Assembly (NCBI RefSeq): GCF_009914755.1
Contig: NC_060947.1
Reading direction: 5' to 3' (one strand)
Length of the DNA stretch: 64,000 nt
Source of the DNA: the human T2T-CHM13v2.0 reference genome, Homo sapiens
Both the position numbers and the translations under genes were made by a program. Of the stretch, positions 39,186-52,800 are shown in pieces. Numbering within the stretch: the stretch's first letter is position 1; the number at the start of each line of letters is the position of its first letter. The notes beneath the pieces were generated by a model. That model saw only the letters and a list, made by a program, of their open reading frames with translations, did not search any database and was not told where the DNA came from.

Positions 39186-42100
39186 GACTATGGGGTTTTT
39201 TTAGATATAGGATCATGACATCTGCAAATAGGGATAGTTTGACTTCCTCTCTTTCTATTTGGGTGCTCTTTATTTCTTTCTCTTGCCTGACTGCCCTGGC
39301 CAGAACTTCCAATACTATGTTGAATACGAGTGGTGAGAGAGGGCATCCTGGTTTCATGCCAGTTTTCAAGGGGAATGCTTCCAGCTTTTGCCCATTCAGT
39401 ATGATGTTGGCTGTGGATTTGTTATATACATGGCTCTCATTATTTTGAGTTATGTTCCTTGATGTGGTTTGGCTCTGTGTCCCCACACAAATCTCACTTT
39501 GAATTGTAATAATTCCCACCTGTCAAGGGTGGGACCAGGTGGAAAAAATTGAATCATGGGGGCAGTTTCCCCTATGCTGTTCTCATGGTAATGAGTGAGT
39601 TCTCAGGAGATCTGATGGTTTTATAATGGGCTTCCCTCTTCCTTCGGCTCTCATTCCATCTCCTGCCACCCTGTTAAGTGGTGCCTTTTGCTGTGATTGT
39701 AAGTTTCTTGAGGTCTCCCTAGCCATGCAGAACTGTGAATCAATTCAACCTCTTTTCTTTATAAAGTATTCTGTCTTGCGTATTTCTTCATAGCAGTGTG
39801 AGAATGGACTAATACCTTCCTTTAATGCCTAGTTTATTGAAAGTTTTTAACATGAATAGATGTTGAATTTTCTGAAAGTCTTTGCTGCATCTACTGAGAT
39901 AATCGTGTGGTTTTTGTCTTTAGCTCTCTTTATGTGATGACTGACATTTGTTGATTTGCATATGTTGAACAAAGCTTGCATCCCAGAGATAAAGCCTACT
40001 TGATCATAGTGAATAAGCTTTTTGATGTGCTGCTGGATTCAATTTGCCAGCATTTTGTTGAGAATTTTTGCATTGATATTCATCAAGAATGTTGGCCTGA
40101 AGTTTTCTTTTGTTGTAGTATCTCTGCAAGGTTTTGGTAACAGAATGATGCTGACATCATGCAATGAGTTGGGTAGGAGTCCCTTTTCCTCATTTTTTGG
40201 GAATATTTTCAGTAAGAATGGTACCAGCTCTTCTTTGCACATCTGGTAGAATTCAGCTGTGAATCTATCTGGTCCTGGGCTTTTTCTCATTGGTAGGCTA
40301 TTTACTACTAATTAAGTTTTGGAGCTCATTATTGGTCTGTTCAGTAAATCAATCTTTTCCTGGTTCAGTCTTGGGAGGGTATATGTATATGGGAATTTAT
40401 CCATTTATACCCAGTTTTCTTGTTTGTGTGCATAGAGATGTTCATACTATTCTCTGATGGTTGTTGGTATTTCTGTGGGGGTCTGTAATAATATCCCCTT
40501 GTCATTTCTGATTGTGTTTTTTTGAATCTTCTCTTTTTTCTTCATTACTCTAGCTAGTAGTCTATTTTATTTTCTATTTTTTCAAAAAAAAAAAAAAAAA
40601 ACCAGATCCTGGATTAGTTGATCTTTTGAACGGTTTTTGTGTCTCTATCTCCTTCAGTTGAGCTCTGACTTTGATTATTTCTTGTCTTCTGATAGTTTGT
40701 CTTAGCCCAAACTCTTCTTAAGCTGATAAACAACTTCACAAAGTCTCAGGATACAAAATCATTGTGCAAAAATCACTAATATTCCTATACACCAACAACA
40801 GCCAAGCCACGAACCAAATCAGGAATGAGCTTCTATTCACAATTGCTAAAAAAAAAAAAATAATAAAATAAAATGCCCAGGAATACAGCTAACTAGGGAG
40901 GTGAAAGAGCTCTACAAGGAGAACTATAACCCACTACTCAAAGAAATCAGAGATGATACAAACAAATGGAAAAACATTCCATGCCTATTGATAGGAAGAA
41001 TCAATATTGTTAAAATGGCCATACTACCCAAAGCAATTTATAGATTCAATGCTATGCCTATTAAACAACCACTGACATTCTTTACCGAACTAGTGAAAAC
41101 TATTTTAAAATTCATATGGAATCAAAAAACAGCCTGAATAGCCAAGGTAATCCTAAGAAAAAAGAGCAAAGCTAGAAGCATCACACTAGCCGACTTCAAA
41201 CTATACTACAAGGCTACACTAACAAAACATCATGGTACTAGTATAAAAACAGACACATAGTCCAATGGAAGAGAATAGAGAACCCAGAAATAAGACCACA
41301 CACAACTATCTGATCTTCGACAAACTTAACACAAACAAGCAATGGGGAAAAGATTTCCTATTCAATAAATGTTGCTGGGATAAATGACTAACGATATGCA
41401 GAAGATTAAAACTAGATCCCTTCCTTACACCACATACAAAGATTAACTAAGATGGATTAAAGACTTAAATGTAAAATCCAGAACTAAAAAACCTGGAAGA
41501 CAAAATAGGTAATACCATTCAGAACATAGATACGGGCAAGGATTTCATGATTGAAGACACCAAAAGCAATTGCAACAAAAGCAAAAATTGACAAATTGGA
41601 TCTAATTAAACTAAAGAGCTTCTGCACAGCAGAAGAAACTATCAACAGAGTAAACAGATAATCTATGGAATGAAAATATTTGAAAACTATGCATCTGACT
41701 AAGGCCTAATATCTAGAATCTATAAGGGGCTTAAATCAACAAGCAAAACACAAACAATCCCGTTAAAAAATAGGCAAAGGACATTAGCAGACACTTCTCA
41801 AAAGAAGACATACATCCACCCAACAAGCATATGAAAAAAAGCCCAACATCACTGATTATTAGAGAAATGCAAATTAAAACCACAATGAGATACCATCTCA
41901 CACCAGCCAAAATGGTTATTATTAAAAAGTCAAAAAATAACAGATGCTGGCAAGTTTGTGGCAAAAAAGGAACACTTATACACTATTGGTGGGAATGTAA
42001 ATTAGTTCAACCATTGTATGTGACAGTGTGACACTTCCTCAAAGACCTAAAACAGAAATACCATTAGACCCAGCAATCCCATTACTGGGTATATACCTGA

Positions 42101-42631
42101 AGGAATAGAAATCATTCTGTTATAAAGACACACGCACATGTATGTTCATTTCATCACTATTCACAATAGCAAAGACATGGAATCAACCTAAATGCTGACG
42201 AATGATAGACTGGATAAAGAAAATGTGGTACATATGCCATGGAATACTATGCAGCCATAAAAAACAAGATCATTTCCTTTGCAGGGGCATGGATGCAGCT
42301 GAAGGCCATTATCCTTAGCAAACTAATGCAAGAACAGAAAACCAAATATTGCATGTTTTCACTTATGATTGGGAGCTAAATTATGAGAACACATGGACAC
42401 ATAGAGGGGAACAAGACACATTGGGGCCTATCAGAGGGTGGAGGTTGAAAGGAGGGAGAGGATCAGGAAAAATAAATAATGGGTACTAGGTTTAATACCT
42501 GAGTGATGAAATAATCTGTATAGCAAACCCTGTATTACTTCATTGACAGAACCCCCATGACAGAAGTTTATCTATGTAACAAACCTGCACATGTACCCCT
42601 GAACTTAAAAGTTAAAAAAAAAAAAAAAAAA
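39186..42631 (+). mobile_element. L1PA13-16-like element with 5' inversion (39186-40698 inverted, 40699-42631 sense)
   Basis: ORF2 peptides on the minus strand (39154..39519, 40039..40290) and then the plus strand (40901..41137). Poly(A) at 42614-42631. TSD AAGAAAATTTTGA (39173-39185) / AAGAACATTTTGA (42630-42642). Confidence 0.93.
39460..39816 (+). mobile_element. THE1 (THE1C/D-like) solo LTR nested in L1
   Basis: TGATGTGGTTTGGCTCTGTGTCCCCAC...GGACTAATACC. TSD TTCCT at 39455-39459 and 39817-39821. Confidence 0.92.
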
Positions 42632-42779
42632 GAACATTTTGATTCCTTCTTTTATGGTCTTTATCCAAGGGTTCATACAAAAATGGGAAGGTAGGCCTAT
42701 TTATTTGTAAGTTTTCAAAACTGAATTGAGCTGAGTTGCCTGAGGAGGGGGGGCAGACACTCAATCAACAAACACATTC

Positions 42780-43541
42780 TTTTTTTTAATTATTATACTT
42801 TAAGTTTTAGGGTACATGTGTACAACGTGCAGGTTTGTTACATATGTATACATGTGCCATGTTGGTGTGCTGCACCCATTAACTCGTCATTTAGCGTTAG
42901 GTATCTCTCCTAATGCTATCTCCCCCCCCCACCCCACAACAGTCCCCGGTGTGTGATGTTCCCCTTCCTGTGTCCATGTGTTCTCATTGTTCAATTCCCA
43001 CCTATGAGTGAGAACATGTGGTGTTTGGTTTTTTGTCATTGCGATAGTTTGCTGCGAATGATGGTTTCCAGCTTCATCCATGTCCCTACAAAGGACGTGA
43101 ACTCATCATTGTTATGGCTGCATAGTATTCCATGGTGTATATGTGCCACATTTTCTTAATCCAGTCTATCATTGTTGGACATTTGGGTTGGTTCCAAGTC
43201 TTTGTTATTGTGAATAGTGCCACAATAAACATATGTGTGCATGTGTCTTTATAGCAGCATGATTTATAATCCTTTGGGTATATACCCAATAATGGGATGG
43301 CTGGGTCAAATGGAATTTCTAGTTCTAGATCCCTGAGGAATCGCCACACTGACTTCCACAATGGTTGAACTAGTTTACACTCCCACCAACAGTGTAAAAG
43401 TGTTCCTATTTCTCCACATCCTCTCCAGCACCTGTTGTTTCCTGACTTTTTAATGACCGCCATTCTAACTGGTGTGAGATAGTATCTCATTGTGGTTTTG
43501 ATTTACATTTCTCTGATGGCCAGTGATGATGAGCATTTTTC
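42780..43541 (-). mobile_element. 5'-truncated young L1PA (PA3/4-like)
   Basis: Poly(T), 3'UTR and ORF2 C-terminal peptide (43086..43490). Confidence 0.95.
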
Positions 43542-43549
43542 TTAGTACC

Positions 43550-43911
43550 TGATATGGTTTGGCTCTGTGTCCCCACCCATATGTCGACTTGTCTTCCCCA
43601 TGTGTCAAGGGAGGGACCTGGTGGGAAGTGATGGGATCATGAGGATGGATTTCCCCCCATGTTGTTCTCATGATAGTGAGGGAGTTCTCACAAGATCTGC
43701 TGGTTTTAAAAGTGGCAGTTTCCCCTGTGTACTCTCTCTCTCCTGCAGCCATGTAAGACGTGGCTTGTTTCCCCTTCACCTTCCACCGTGATTGTAAGTT
43801 TCCTGAGGCCTCTCCAGCCATGTGGAACTGTGAGTCAATTAAACCTCTTTTGTTTATAAATTATGCAATCTCAGGTAGTTCTTTATAGCAGTGTGAAAAC
43901 GGACTAATACA
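43550..43911 (+). mobile_element. THE1D-like solo LTR
   Basis: TGATATGGTTTGGCTCTGTGTCCCCACCC...GGACTAATACA. TSD GTACC at 43545-43549 and 43912-43916. Confidence 0.93.
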
Positions 43912-43974
43912 GTACCCATGGTATATGCAGCCTCAATTTTTGAAAAATGATTTACTGCAGGATTCTTTTAAGTT

Positions 43975-44177
43975 AAGAGTCAGCAAACATTTTTCTGTTA
44001 AGGGCCAGATAGTACATATCTTCAGTTTTGTAGGCCATACAGTCTCTGTGACAACTATTTAACTTCCATTACTGTGTGAAAGTAGCCGTTGACAATAAGT
44101 AAACGAATAAGCTTAGCTATGTTCCAAACAAAGTTTGTTTACAAAAACACATAGTGGGTTGTAGTTTCTGACTCCTG
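43975..44177 (-). mobile_element. MER58A (hAT-Charlie)
   Basis: CAGCAAACATTTTTCTGTTAAGGGCCAGATAGTA...GACTCCTG. Confidence 0.82.
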
Positions 44178-44384
44178 CTTTAAATAGAGAGACTCCCTTG
44201 TGAATAAGAAAGTTTAAAGATACCTGTTTACCAAAAGGTGAGCAAGAGCAGAGAAATTTTAAAACTAAGTCAGTGACAGTTCATTAGAAACAAAGACAAA
44301 ACTACTGTGAAATAAGCCAATGTGAAAATAGTTTATCATTTGTCACAAGTGATTTACATTTTGTATCTAATTATATGTGAACCT

Positions 44385-44810
44385 GTAAGTTAAGATGCTC
44401 TTGATCACAAGGAATAGAAAAAAATTCAAACTGGCTTATGCATATAAATGTATTGGTTCATGCTATACAAAAGTTCTGAAATAGTCTTTATGTAGTTTCA
44501 TCAGAGCCTCAACATATTTCTCTTTCATTATCTTGACTCTGCCTTTTTGCTAGCATCAGCTTTGTCCCCTGGCTGGCCAACATTAATTGGGGCTACTTGC
44601 TTTCATAGTCACATATTGGAGAAAGAATGGATATCTCTTTTTTAGCCATTGAACAAAAGCACTGTGCTTTCTCTGTTTTATGTGCCCTTAAACCAATTAA
44701 TGTAGCAAGGGAATAGCATTACTCTGATTGTCTCATACCAATCTGGGTATTGGGTGCATTGCTGGAGCTAGGGTTGAGGTCAAACCTATCCAGCTGAAAG
44801 ACTGAATGAA
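44385..44810 (-). mobile_element. Old MaLR LTR (MLT1K-like)
   Basis: GTTAAGATGCTCTTGATCACAAGGAATAGAAAA...CAAACTGGCTTA...ACTCTGATTG. Confidence 0.55.
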
Positions 44811-45199
44811 TGTTTAAAAGCAACTCCATTACCTTCCACAATGACCGCTTCACCCTGTTGCAACTTGTAGCTTCACCGTTTCATCCTGTTGCAATTTGTT
44901 GTAGCATATATGTGCAGAGAGGTGGGAAGGCCATAGGAGAATTTTTATTATTAGCAAGAACCTCAACCCAGAGATCTTTGAATGTGGATACCATGTTGTA
45001 GCTTTTGCTGAAAGCCATGTAGACACCGCATAATGTCCCTGATTTGCCTCAGGGAAGATCAGATTTCTTGCTGGGAGTGATGGTGGTCACAAAGGTCATT
45101 GGATATTTCTGTGTGCTTTCTGCAGATAGTCATACTGGATATAATTAAGGTATACAAGAACTGTGGAGAATAAATATGTTGTTAGGGGAATGAACAGCT

Positions 45200-45600
45200 A
45201 ATGGTAAGCTGATATCCAGAGTATCCTGTACTACATCAAAAGATCTCAATCTGAGTCCATTCTAACAGTATTCTATTTCTACATTCCATTATGCTATGCT
45301 TATTTTTGGTTGCCATATCTTAAAACAATGCATCAGAGTTGAAGAATGTCCAGATAAAATTACCATAGGCATATCTGTCACAAAATCCAGAATCAGAAGC
45401 AAATCGACATTGTTGGGTTTTATTAGTGTCAGTGATACAATGGCATCGCAAATTTTCCAATGTAATTCAGAGAGATCCAAGATGAACAAAAATATTGGGG
45501 CTTTTCAGTCTGGACAAATAAATACTGAAGGAATATCATTAAAACCTATAAAATAAGAAATTAAACATAAGGTATACATAAACATATTTATTAAATTCTA
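45200..45600 (+). mobile_element. Ancient CR1/L3 ORF2 remnant
   Basis: TTTTGGTTGCCATATCTTAAAA...GAGTTGAAGAATGTCCAGA resembles the DNA encoding the CR1 'FWSPHLKKDI..LEKVQRRA' motif. Confidence 0.45.
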
Positions 45601-46026
45601 ATATATTAGGACAGATGGACACATATTTTAGCTCAAAACAATTTTAAGGCAAATGAAAAGACATGCACCTTCATAAAATGAGAAATCAGGTCGTAGAAAT
45701 AATAAGCACCTCTAGCAATTGCTACTAGCTGGGCACATACCCTTGAAAAACAAGTTCATGGTAGTTAAAGACTGATCTGTCTGTATCAAATGATGAAGGG
45801 CAATGAAGATGTTTTGTAGACATCCTGGAACTTTGAGTTTAGCAGCAGTGAGAACAGCTTTGCTGTACCTTGAACTATACCCCTTTATGGTTCATGTAGC
45901 AGGACTGGTATTTTCTTCTTCTAAATATCTACTTTCTTTGCTTGCTGTACCTGTTTGTACCTAACCTTCAAGCTGTTCCATTTTAAAACACTGTCAGTCC
46001 AACTGCCTGATGAACTGAGAAGAGCT

Positions 46027-46868
46027 TAAAATGGACAAAGGGCATGAACAGGCACTACTCAAAAGAAGACATTCATGTGGCCAGCATATGAAAAAAGTCT
46101 CAACATAACTGATCATTAGAGAAGAGCAAATCAAAACCACGATGAGATACCATCTCATACCAGTCAGGATGGCAATTATTAAAAAGTCAAGAAACAACAG
46201 ATGCTGGTGAGGTTGCAGAGAAATAGGAACGCTTTTACACTGTTAGTGGGAATGTAAGTTAGCTTAACCACTGTGGGAGACAGTGTGGCAATTCCTCAAA
46301 GATCTAGAACCAGGAATACTATTTGACTGAGCAATCCCATTACTGGACATATACCCAAAGGAATATAAATCATTCTATTACAAAGATACATGCATGCGTA
46401 TGTTCATTGCAGCACTATTCACAATAGCAAAGACATGGAATCAGCCCAGATGCCCATCAATGATAGACTGGATGAAGAAGGCATGGTGCATATACACCAT
46501 GGAGTGCTATGCAGCTATAGGAGGGAGTGAGATCATGTTCTTTGCAGGGACACAGATGGAGCTGGAAGCCATTATCCTTAGCAAACCAACTCAGAAACAG
46601 AAAACCAGACACCACATGTTCTCACTTATAAGTGGGAACTGAAGAATGAGAACACATGGACACAGGGAGGGGAACAACACACATTGGGGCCTCTTGGCAG
46701 GGCAGAGGGAGAGAGAGCATCAGGATAAATAACCAAGGGATGCGGGGTTTAATACCTAGGTGATGAGTTAATAGGTACAGCAAACCACCATGACATACGT
46801 TTACTGATGTAACAAACCTGCACGTCCTGCACATGAAACCCAGAACTTAAAATAAAAATTTAAAAAAA
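46027..46868 (+). mobile_element. 5'-truncated L1PA (PA10-13-like) 3' end
   Basis: ORF2 C-terminal peptide (46394..46642), 3'UTR and A-rich tail. Confidence 0.92.
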
Positions 46869-47279
46869 TGCATACAAATATAATTGAATAGAATACCTAT
46901 ACAAAGATATAAACATAGAACTGTGTAATTTAACAAATACCTTTCTTTAAGACTCAAAAACTCATTCTCAATATATTATTGACCATAATAATGCTGCAAT
47001 TGTCAAAGTCTGGATTTTCACACAGATAGGTTTGAAATTCAGCCATGTATTTTGATAAGCGCTATTGTATAGGAATTGGAGTGTACTTTCATTCCTGCTT
47101 GCCCTTTTGTTCTTTCTGGACAATATCCAAAGCACAGTATCTTGCTCTAATAGCTATTCTTGACTGGATTTCTGGCAACGGCATTTCCTTGCATTGCTCA
47201 TAGGTGCCTTGTTTAGTGCCCTGCCCATTTTTAGTCCTATCTACTTCTAATCGTGGTAAAAGAGGGTGATTGTTCATAG

Positions 47280-47611
47280 CAGAGGTAATAAAACACTATC
47301 TGTAAAGAGGCAAATAGTAAATACTTCAGGGTCATAGGCCATACAGTCTCTATTGCAATTACTCAACTCTGCCATTGTAGCATGAAAGCAGCCATGAATG
47401 ATATATAAATGAATGAGCTAGCTGTGTATCAATAAAATTTTATTTATAAACAAAAATTTGAATTTTATATTATTTTCATTTGTCATGAAATATTCTTTAA
47501 AAAATTTCTAGGTCATTAAAAAATGTCAAAAATGTTTTTAGCTCATGGGTCATATATAGAAACATGGGATGGGCTGGATTTGGCCAGTAGGAGTAGTTTG
47601 TGGAACACCTA
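47280..47611 (-). mobile_element. MER58B (hAT-Charlie)
   Basis: ACTCAACTCTGCCATTGTAGCATGAAAGCAGCCAT...GGGCTGGATTTGGCC. Confidence 0.82.
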
Positions 47612-49502
47612 GTTTACAGTGAGGATATTGAGAGGGAGACAGGGTCTATGTTTTGGCTTTGCTTCAATTCCTTTACTTGTAGTGCTCTTATATTGTGGAA
47701 GTCAGCTTTATTTTGTGTTAGCTGTTTCCTCACTTAAGGTGATAACTCTGTCCATGTGTTCAAAATGTTAAGTGAGCCTCAACTTGAAAGAACTAGAGGA
47801 GGTGGTTTCTACTTTGTCTCTCATATTGCTTTTCCATAGTATATGTTTGGAAACTCTGTAAGAAAGCAGATCAAATATTTTCTCCATGCATTGTTTTACA
47901 GTAAAAGCCTGCATGTAGCACCATGTGATGTACGAGTTGTCTGCAAAGATTAAATCCTAAGTGGACATACACAGGACATGCATGGAAACCAGCAGAATCT
48001 GACGAATGGATGGTATAGCAAGGAGCATATATGATAATATAATGCAGAGCATGCATTCTAATGAAATATATTGTTGCCAGTAGCATTATTTTGATTACAA
48101 AAATATAATTAAGTTTAATTGTAATGGTAATAATAATGAAGGAGAAGGTAAGAAATAGGGAAGCCTTCAAGAACATAGATTCCTTCTTTGCCATGCTATG
48201 GTAGGATGGTCATCCCCTTATCAGATTGCTATTCACCCAGTATGAACTGGTGTAGGCATTTCAGTTATTTGCAGCTGACATCCATTTTGACAGAGCCAGT
48301 CTCCATTGTGTTTGAATTGGTACCCATGATCTATTTTGAAAATTTAAATGTGTGTTAATCAAAACTGCTAGATTGAGTCTTGCAATGGAGCATAAGAACA
48401 AAGTTGAAGGGTGAAGTATCACCACTGATTGTAGAAAATATTTTTAAAATGATTAATTTCCAAAACTGTGGATGATAAAATATAAATATGGTCAGTTTTC
48501 AGAAATATTGCAGATACATGTAACGTCCTGTTACTAACCCTTGGAAATTCTGATAAAATGTAACACCTCAGGATGACACAAAAAATTCCAACTTGCCAGA
48601 AAAAAAGACTGTAACTGCCAGGGGTGGGGTGCAGTACAGTCAGACTGTGTAAATTAGGAATGTGGGTTTTCATGACCATGTAACAAAGGAGGTGAGGTCT
48701 CAGGTGTTTGTAAAGTGAGGTTTTGGAATTACAGATCCCTAAGGAGAGCTGGTACCCTTGAATTTCTAACCTTTAATAAAAGGGTGAACAACAACAAAAA
48801 AATCCTACCCACAGAGAAATGACAAGGAATTTGGCTCTTTGCCTGAGATTTGGATGGAAAAAAAAATCTCCTACAGAGATTTGTAACTATAGGCTTACAA
48901 TTCGTTTGTGTTTGGAGTTTCATTTTCTATGATCCCCAAACTTAGAAGGTAGCAAAAAATTGGTTCTGAGCTAGTGTCTCCCCTGAGTTTCCTGGCAGAA
49001 GCAGTCAAAAGAGCTTTTGAGGAACATACAGTACAGGCTACAAGGTATTGTTGCAGAAAAAGTAACCCTTTATAAGACAAATTCACAATAAAATGTTACC
49101 AACATGTGACTAAACAGTTCACCCTGATGAAAGTCAGTAGACACAACAAACAATAGAATTATATCCCTAAGAATTAGACATAGCAGAATAGAGATACAGG
49201 AGATAATTGAAAATTAATGTTCATCATAGTGACTGAAAAGAAGTCAAAATCCTAAGAATTGAACAACAGGCTTTGAGAACAAAAGATTTACAACAGAAGA
49301 AAATAAAAGTTTTAGAAAGGAAAAGTATGATTTGATTTGTGGGCTAATTATTGGATAATATGGAGCTACAGAGATTAGTAAACTGATAAATAGTCTGAGG
49401 CAGTCACTCACAATGCGACAGAGGGATGAAGGGATGGCAAAATATGAGAGGTTAAGAGACACGCAAATGAAAAGATTCAACATATATCTAAAAGGGGTGC
49501 TA

Positions 49503-49639
49503 GGATAGCATTAGGAGATATACCTAATGTTAAATGATGAGTTAATGGGTGCAGCACACCAACATGGCACATGTATACATATGTAACAAACATGCACATT
49601 GTGCACATGTACCCTAAAACTTAAAGTATAATAAAAAAA
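49503..49639 (+). mobile_element. Very short young L1PA 3' end
   Basis: GGATAGCATTAGGAGATATACCTAATG...GTACCCTAAAACTTAAAGTATAATAAAAAAA. Confidence 0.93.
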
Positions 49640-49897
49640 TTAGCATGGTGGAGGAGCAATATTCAAAGAGATAATGGCTAATAATTCTTCAACACTGATA
49701 GAAAACCCAATGCAGATTTAAGAAACTCAGCAAACATCAAGCATATTACGTAAACAAAAGGAATCCACATGTGTAATGAAACTGGAGAGCCCCAAAGAAA
49801 AATGGATAATGTTAAAAACCACCAAAAAGGCAGATCATCTATAAAGGAGCAGCAAATAGAGCAACTATAGACTTCACAACAAAAATAATTGAGGCCA

Positions 49898-52800
49898 TTC
49901 TTGTTCATATGGCAATGCAATTTTCCCAACACCATTTATTGAATAGGGTGTCTTTTTCCCACTGTATGTTTTTGTTGACTTTGTTGAAGACCAGTTGGCT
50001 GTAAGTATGTGGCTTCATTTCTGGGTTCTCTAGTCTATTCCATTGATCTATGTGTCTATTTTTTAAATTATACTTAAAGTTCTGGGATACATGTACAGAA
50101 TGTGCAGGTTTGCTACATAGGTATACACGTGCCATGGTGGTTTGCTGCACCCATCAACTCGTCAACTACATTAGGTATTTCTCCTAATGCTATCCCTCCC
50201 CTAGCTCCCCAACCCCGACAGGCCCTGGTGTGTGATGTTTCTCTCCCTATGTCCATGTGTTCTCATTGTTCAGCTACCACTTATGAGTGAGAACATGTGG
50301 TGTTTGGTTTTCTGTTCTTGTGTTAGCTTGCTGGGAATGATGGTTTCCAGCTTTATCCATGTGCATGCAAAGGACATGAACTCATCCTTTTTATGGCTGC
50401 ATAGTATTCCATGGTGTATATGTGCCACATTTCCTTTATCCAGTCTATCATTGATGGACAGTTGGGTAGGTTTCAAGTTTTTGCTATTGTGAATAGTGCC
50501 ACAATAACCATACGTGTACATGTGTCTTTATAGTTGAACGTTTTATAATCCTTTGGGTATATACTCAGTAGTGGGATTGCTGGGCCAAATGGTATTTCTG
50601 GTTCTAGATCCTTGAGGAATCACCACACTGTCTTCCACAACTGGTGAACTAATTTACACTCCCACCAACAGTGTAAAAGCATTCCTATTTCTCCACATCC
50701 TCTCCAACATTTGTTGTTTCCTGACTTTTTAAAGATTGCCATTCTAACTGGTGTGAGATGGTATCTCATTGTGGTTTTGATTTGCATTTCTCTAATGACC
50801 AGTGATGATGAGCTATTTTTCATATGTTTGTTGGCTGCATAAATGTCTTCTTTTTGGAAGTGTCTGTTCATATCCTTTGCCCACTTTTTGATGGGGTTGT
50901 ATGTTTTTTTCTTGTAAATGTATTTAAGTTACTTGTAGATTCTGGATATTAGCCCTTTGTCAGGTGGATAGATTTCAAAAATTTTCTCCTATTCTCTAGG
51001 TTGCCTGTTCACTCTGATGATAGTTTCTTTTGATGTGAAGAAGCTCTTTAGTTTAATTAGATTCCATTTGTCAATTTTGGGTTTTGTTGCCATTGCCTTT
51101 GGTGTTTTAATCGTGAAGTCTTTGTCCATGCCTATGTCCTGAATGGTATTGCCTAGGTTTTCTTCTAGGGTTTCTATGGTTTTAGGTCTTAGGTTTAAGT
51201 CTTTAATCCATCTTGAGTGAATTTTTGTAAAAGGTGTCAGGAAGGGATCTGGTTTCAGTTTTTTACATATGGCTAGCCAGTTTTCCCAACACCATTTATA
51301 AAATAAGGAATCCTTTCCCCCATTTCTTGTTTTTGTCAGGTTTGTCAAAGATCAGAGGGTATGTGGCACCATTTCTGAGGCCTCTGTTCTGTTCCATTGG
51401 TCTATATATCTGTTTTGGTACCAGTAACATGCTGTTTTGGTTACTGTAGCCTTGTAGTATAGATTGAAGTCAGGTAGCGTGATGCCTCTAGCTTTGTTCT
51501 TTTTGCTTAGGATTGTCTTGGCTATATGGGCTCTTTTTTAGTTCCATGTGAAATTTAAAGTAATTTTTTTTCTAATTCTGTGAAGAAAGTCAGTGTTAGC
51601 TTGATGGGGATAGCATTGAATCTATAAATTACTTTGGGCAGTATGGCCATTTTCACAATATTGATTCTTCCTATCCATGGGCATGGAATGTTTTTCCATT
51701 TGTAAGTGTCCTCTCTTATTTCCTTGAGTTGTGGTTTTTAGTTATCCTTAAAGAGGTTCTTCACATCTCTTGTAAGTTGTATTCCTAGGTACTTTATTCT
51801 CTCTGTAGCAATTGTGAATGGGAGTTTGCTCATGATTTGGCTCTCTGTTTGTCTATTATTGGTGTATAGGAATGCTTATGATTTTTGCACATTGATTTTG
51901 TATCCTGAGACTTTGCTGAAGTTGCTTATCAGCTTAAGGAGATTTTTATACCATTACCATGCTGTTTTGGCTGCGATAGCCTCATAGTATAATTTGAAGT
52001 CAAGTAATGTGATGTTTCTACCCTTGTTGTTTTTGCTCAGGACTGTTTTGGCTATTAGGGCTCTTTTTTGTCTTTATATGGATTTTCTATCTCTCATCAT
52101 ATACAGAAACCAACTCAAAATGGATTAAAAACTTAAATGTAAGACCTGAAAATTAAAAAAAAAAATCCTAGAATAAAACCTAGGAAAAACTCTTCTGGAC
52201 ATTGGCTTTGGCAAAAATAATTCATGACTAAGACCTCAAAAGTAAACCCAATAAAAATAAAAATAGACAAATGAGATGTAATTAAATTAAAACGTTTCTG
52301 CACAGAACAAGAAATAATCACAGAATGAACAGATAACTTGCAAAATGGGAGAAAGCATCTGACAAAGGACTAATATCAAGCATTTACAAGGAACTCAAAT
52401 GTCTCAATAACAACAACAAAAACAGCCCCATTAAAAAGTGGGCAAAGGATGTGAACAGACATTTTAAAAACATTCAAATGGCCAACAAGCATATGAAAAA
52501 AATAATCATCATCACTAATAATCAGAAAATGCCAATTAAAACTACAATGAGATACCATTTTATACTAGTCAAAATGGATATTATTAAAAAGTAAAAAATA
52601 ACGGATCCTGGAAAGATTGCGGAGAACAGGGAATGCTTATACACCACTGGTGAGAATGTAAATTAATACAACCTTTATGGAAAACGGTATGTAGATTTCT
52701 TTAAGAACTAAAAATTGAACTGCCATTTGATCCAGCAATCCCACTACTAGGTATCTACCCAAAGGAAAATAAATCATTTGTATAAAAAGATGTTTGTACT

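Noticed and set aside
44845-45030. Imperfect ~30-bp tandem duplication and minus-strand peptide VYMAFSKSYNMVS resembling an RT motif (YLDFSKAFD)
   Set aside because: Catalytic Asp residues are absent, the orientation is opposite to the adjacent CR1 remnant, and it is too short to support.
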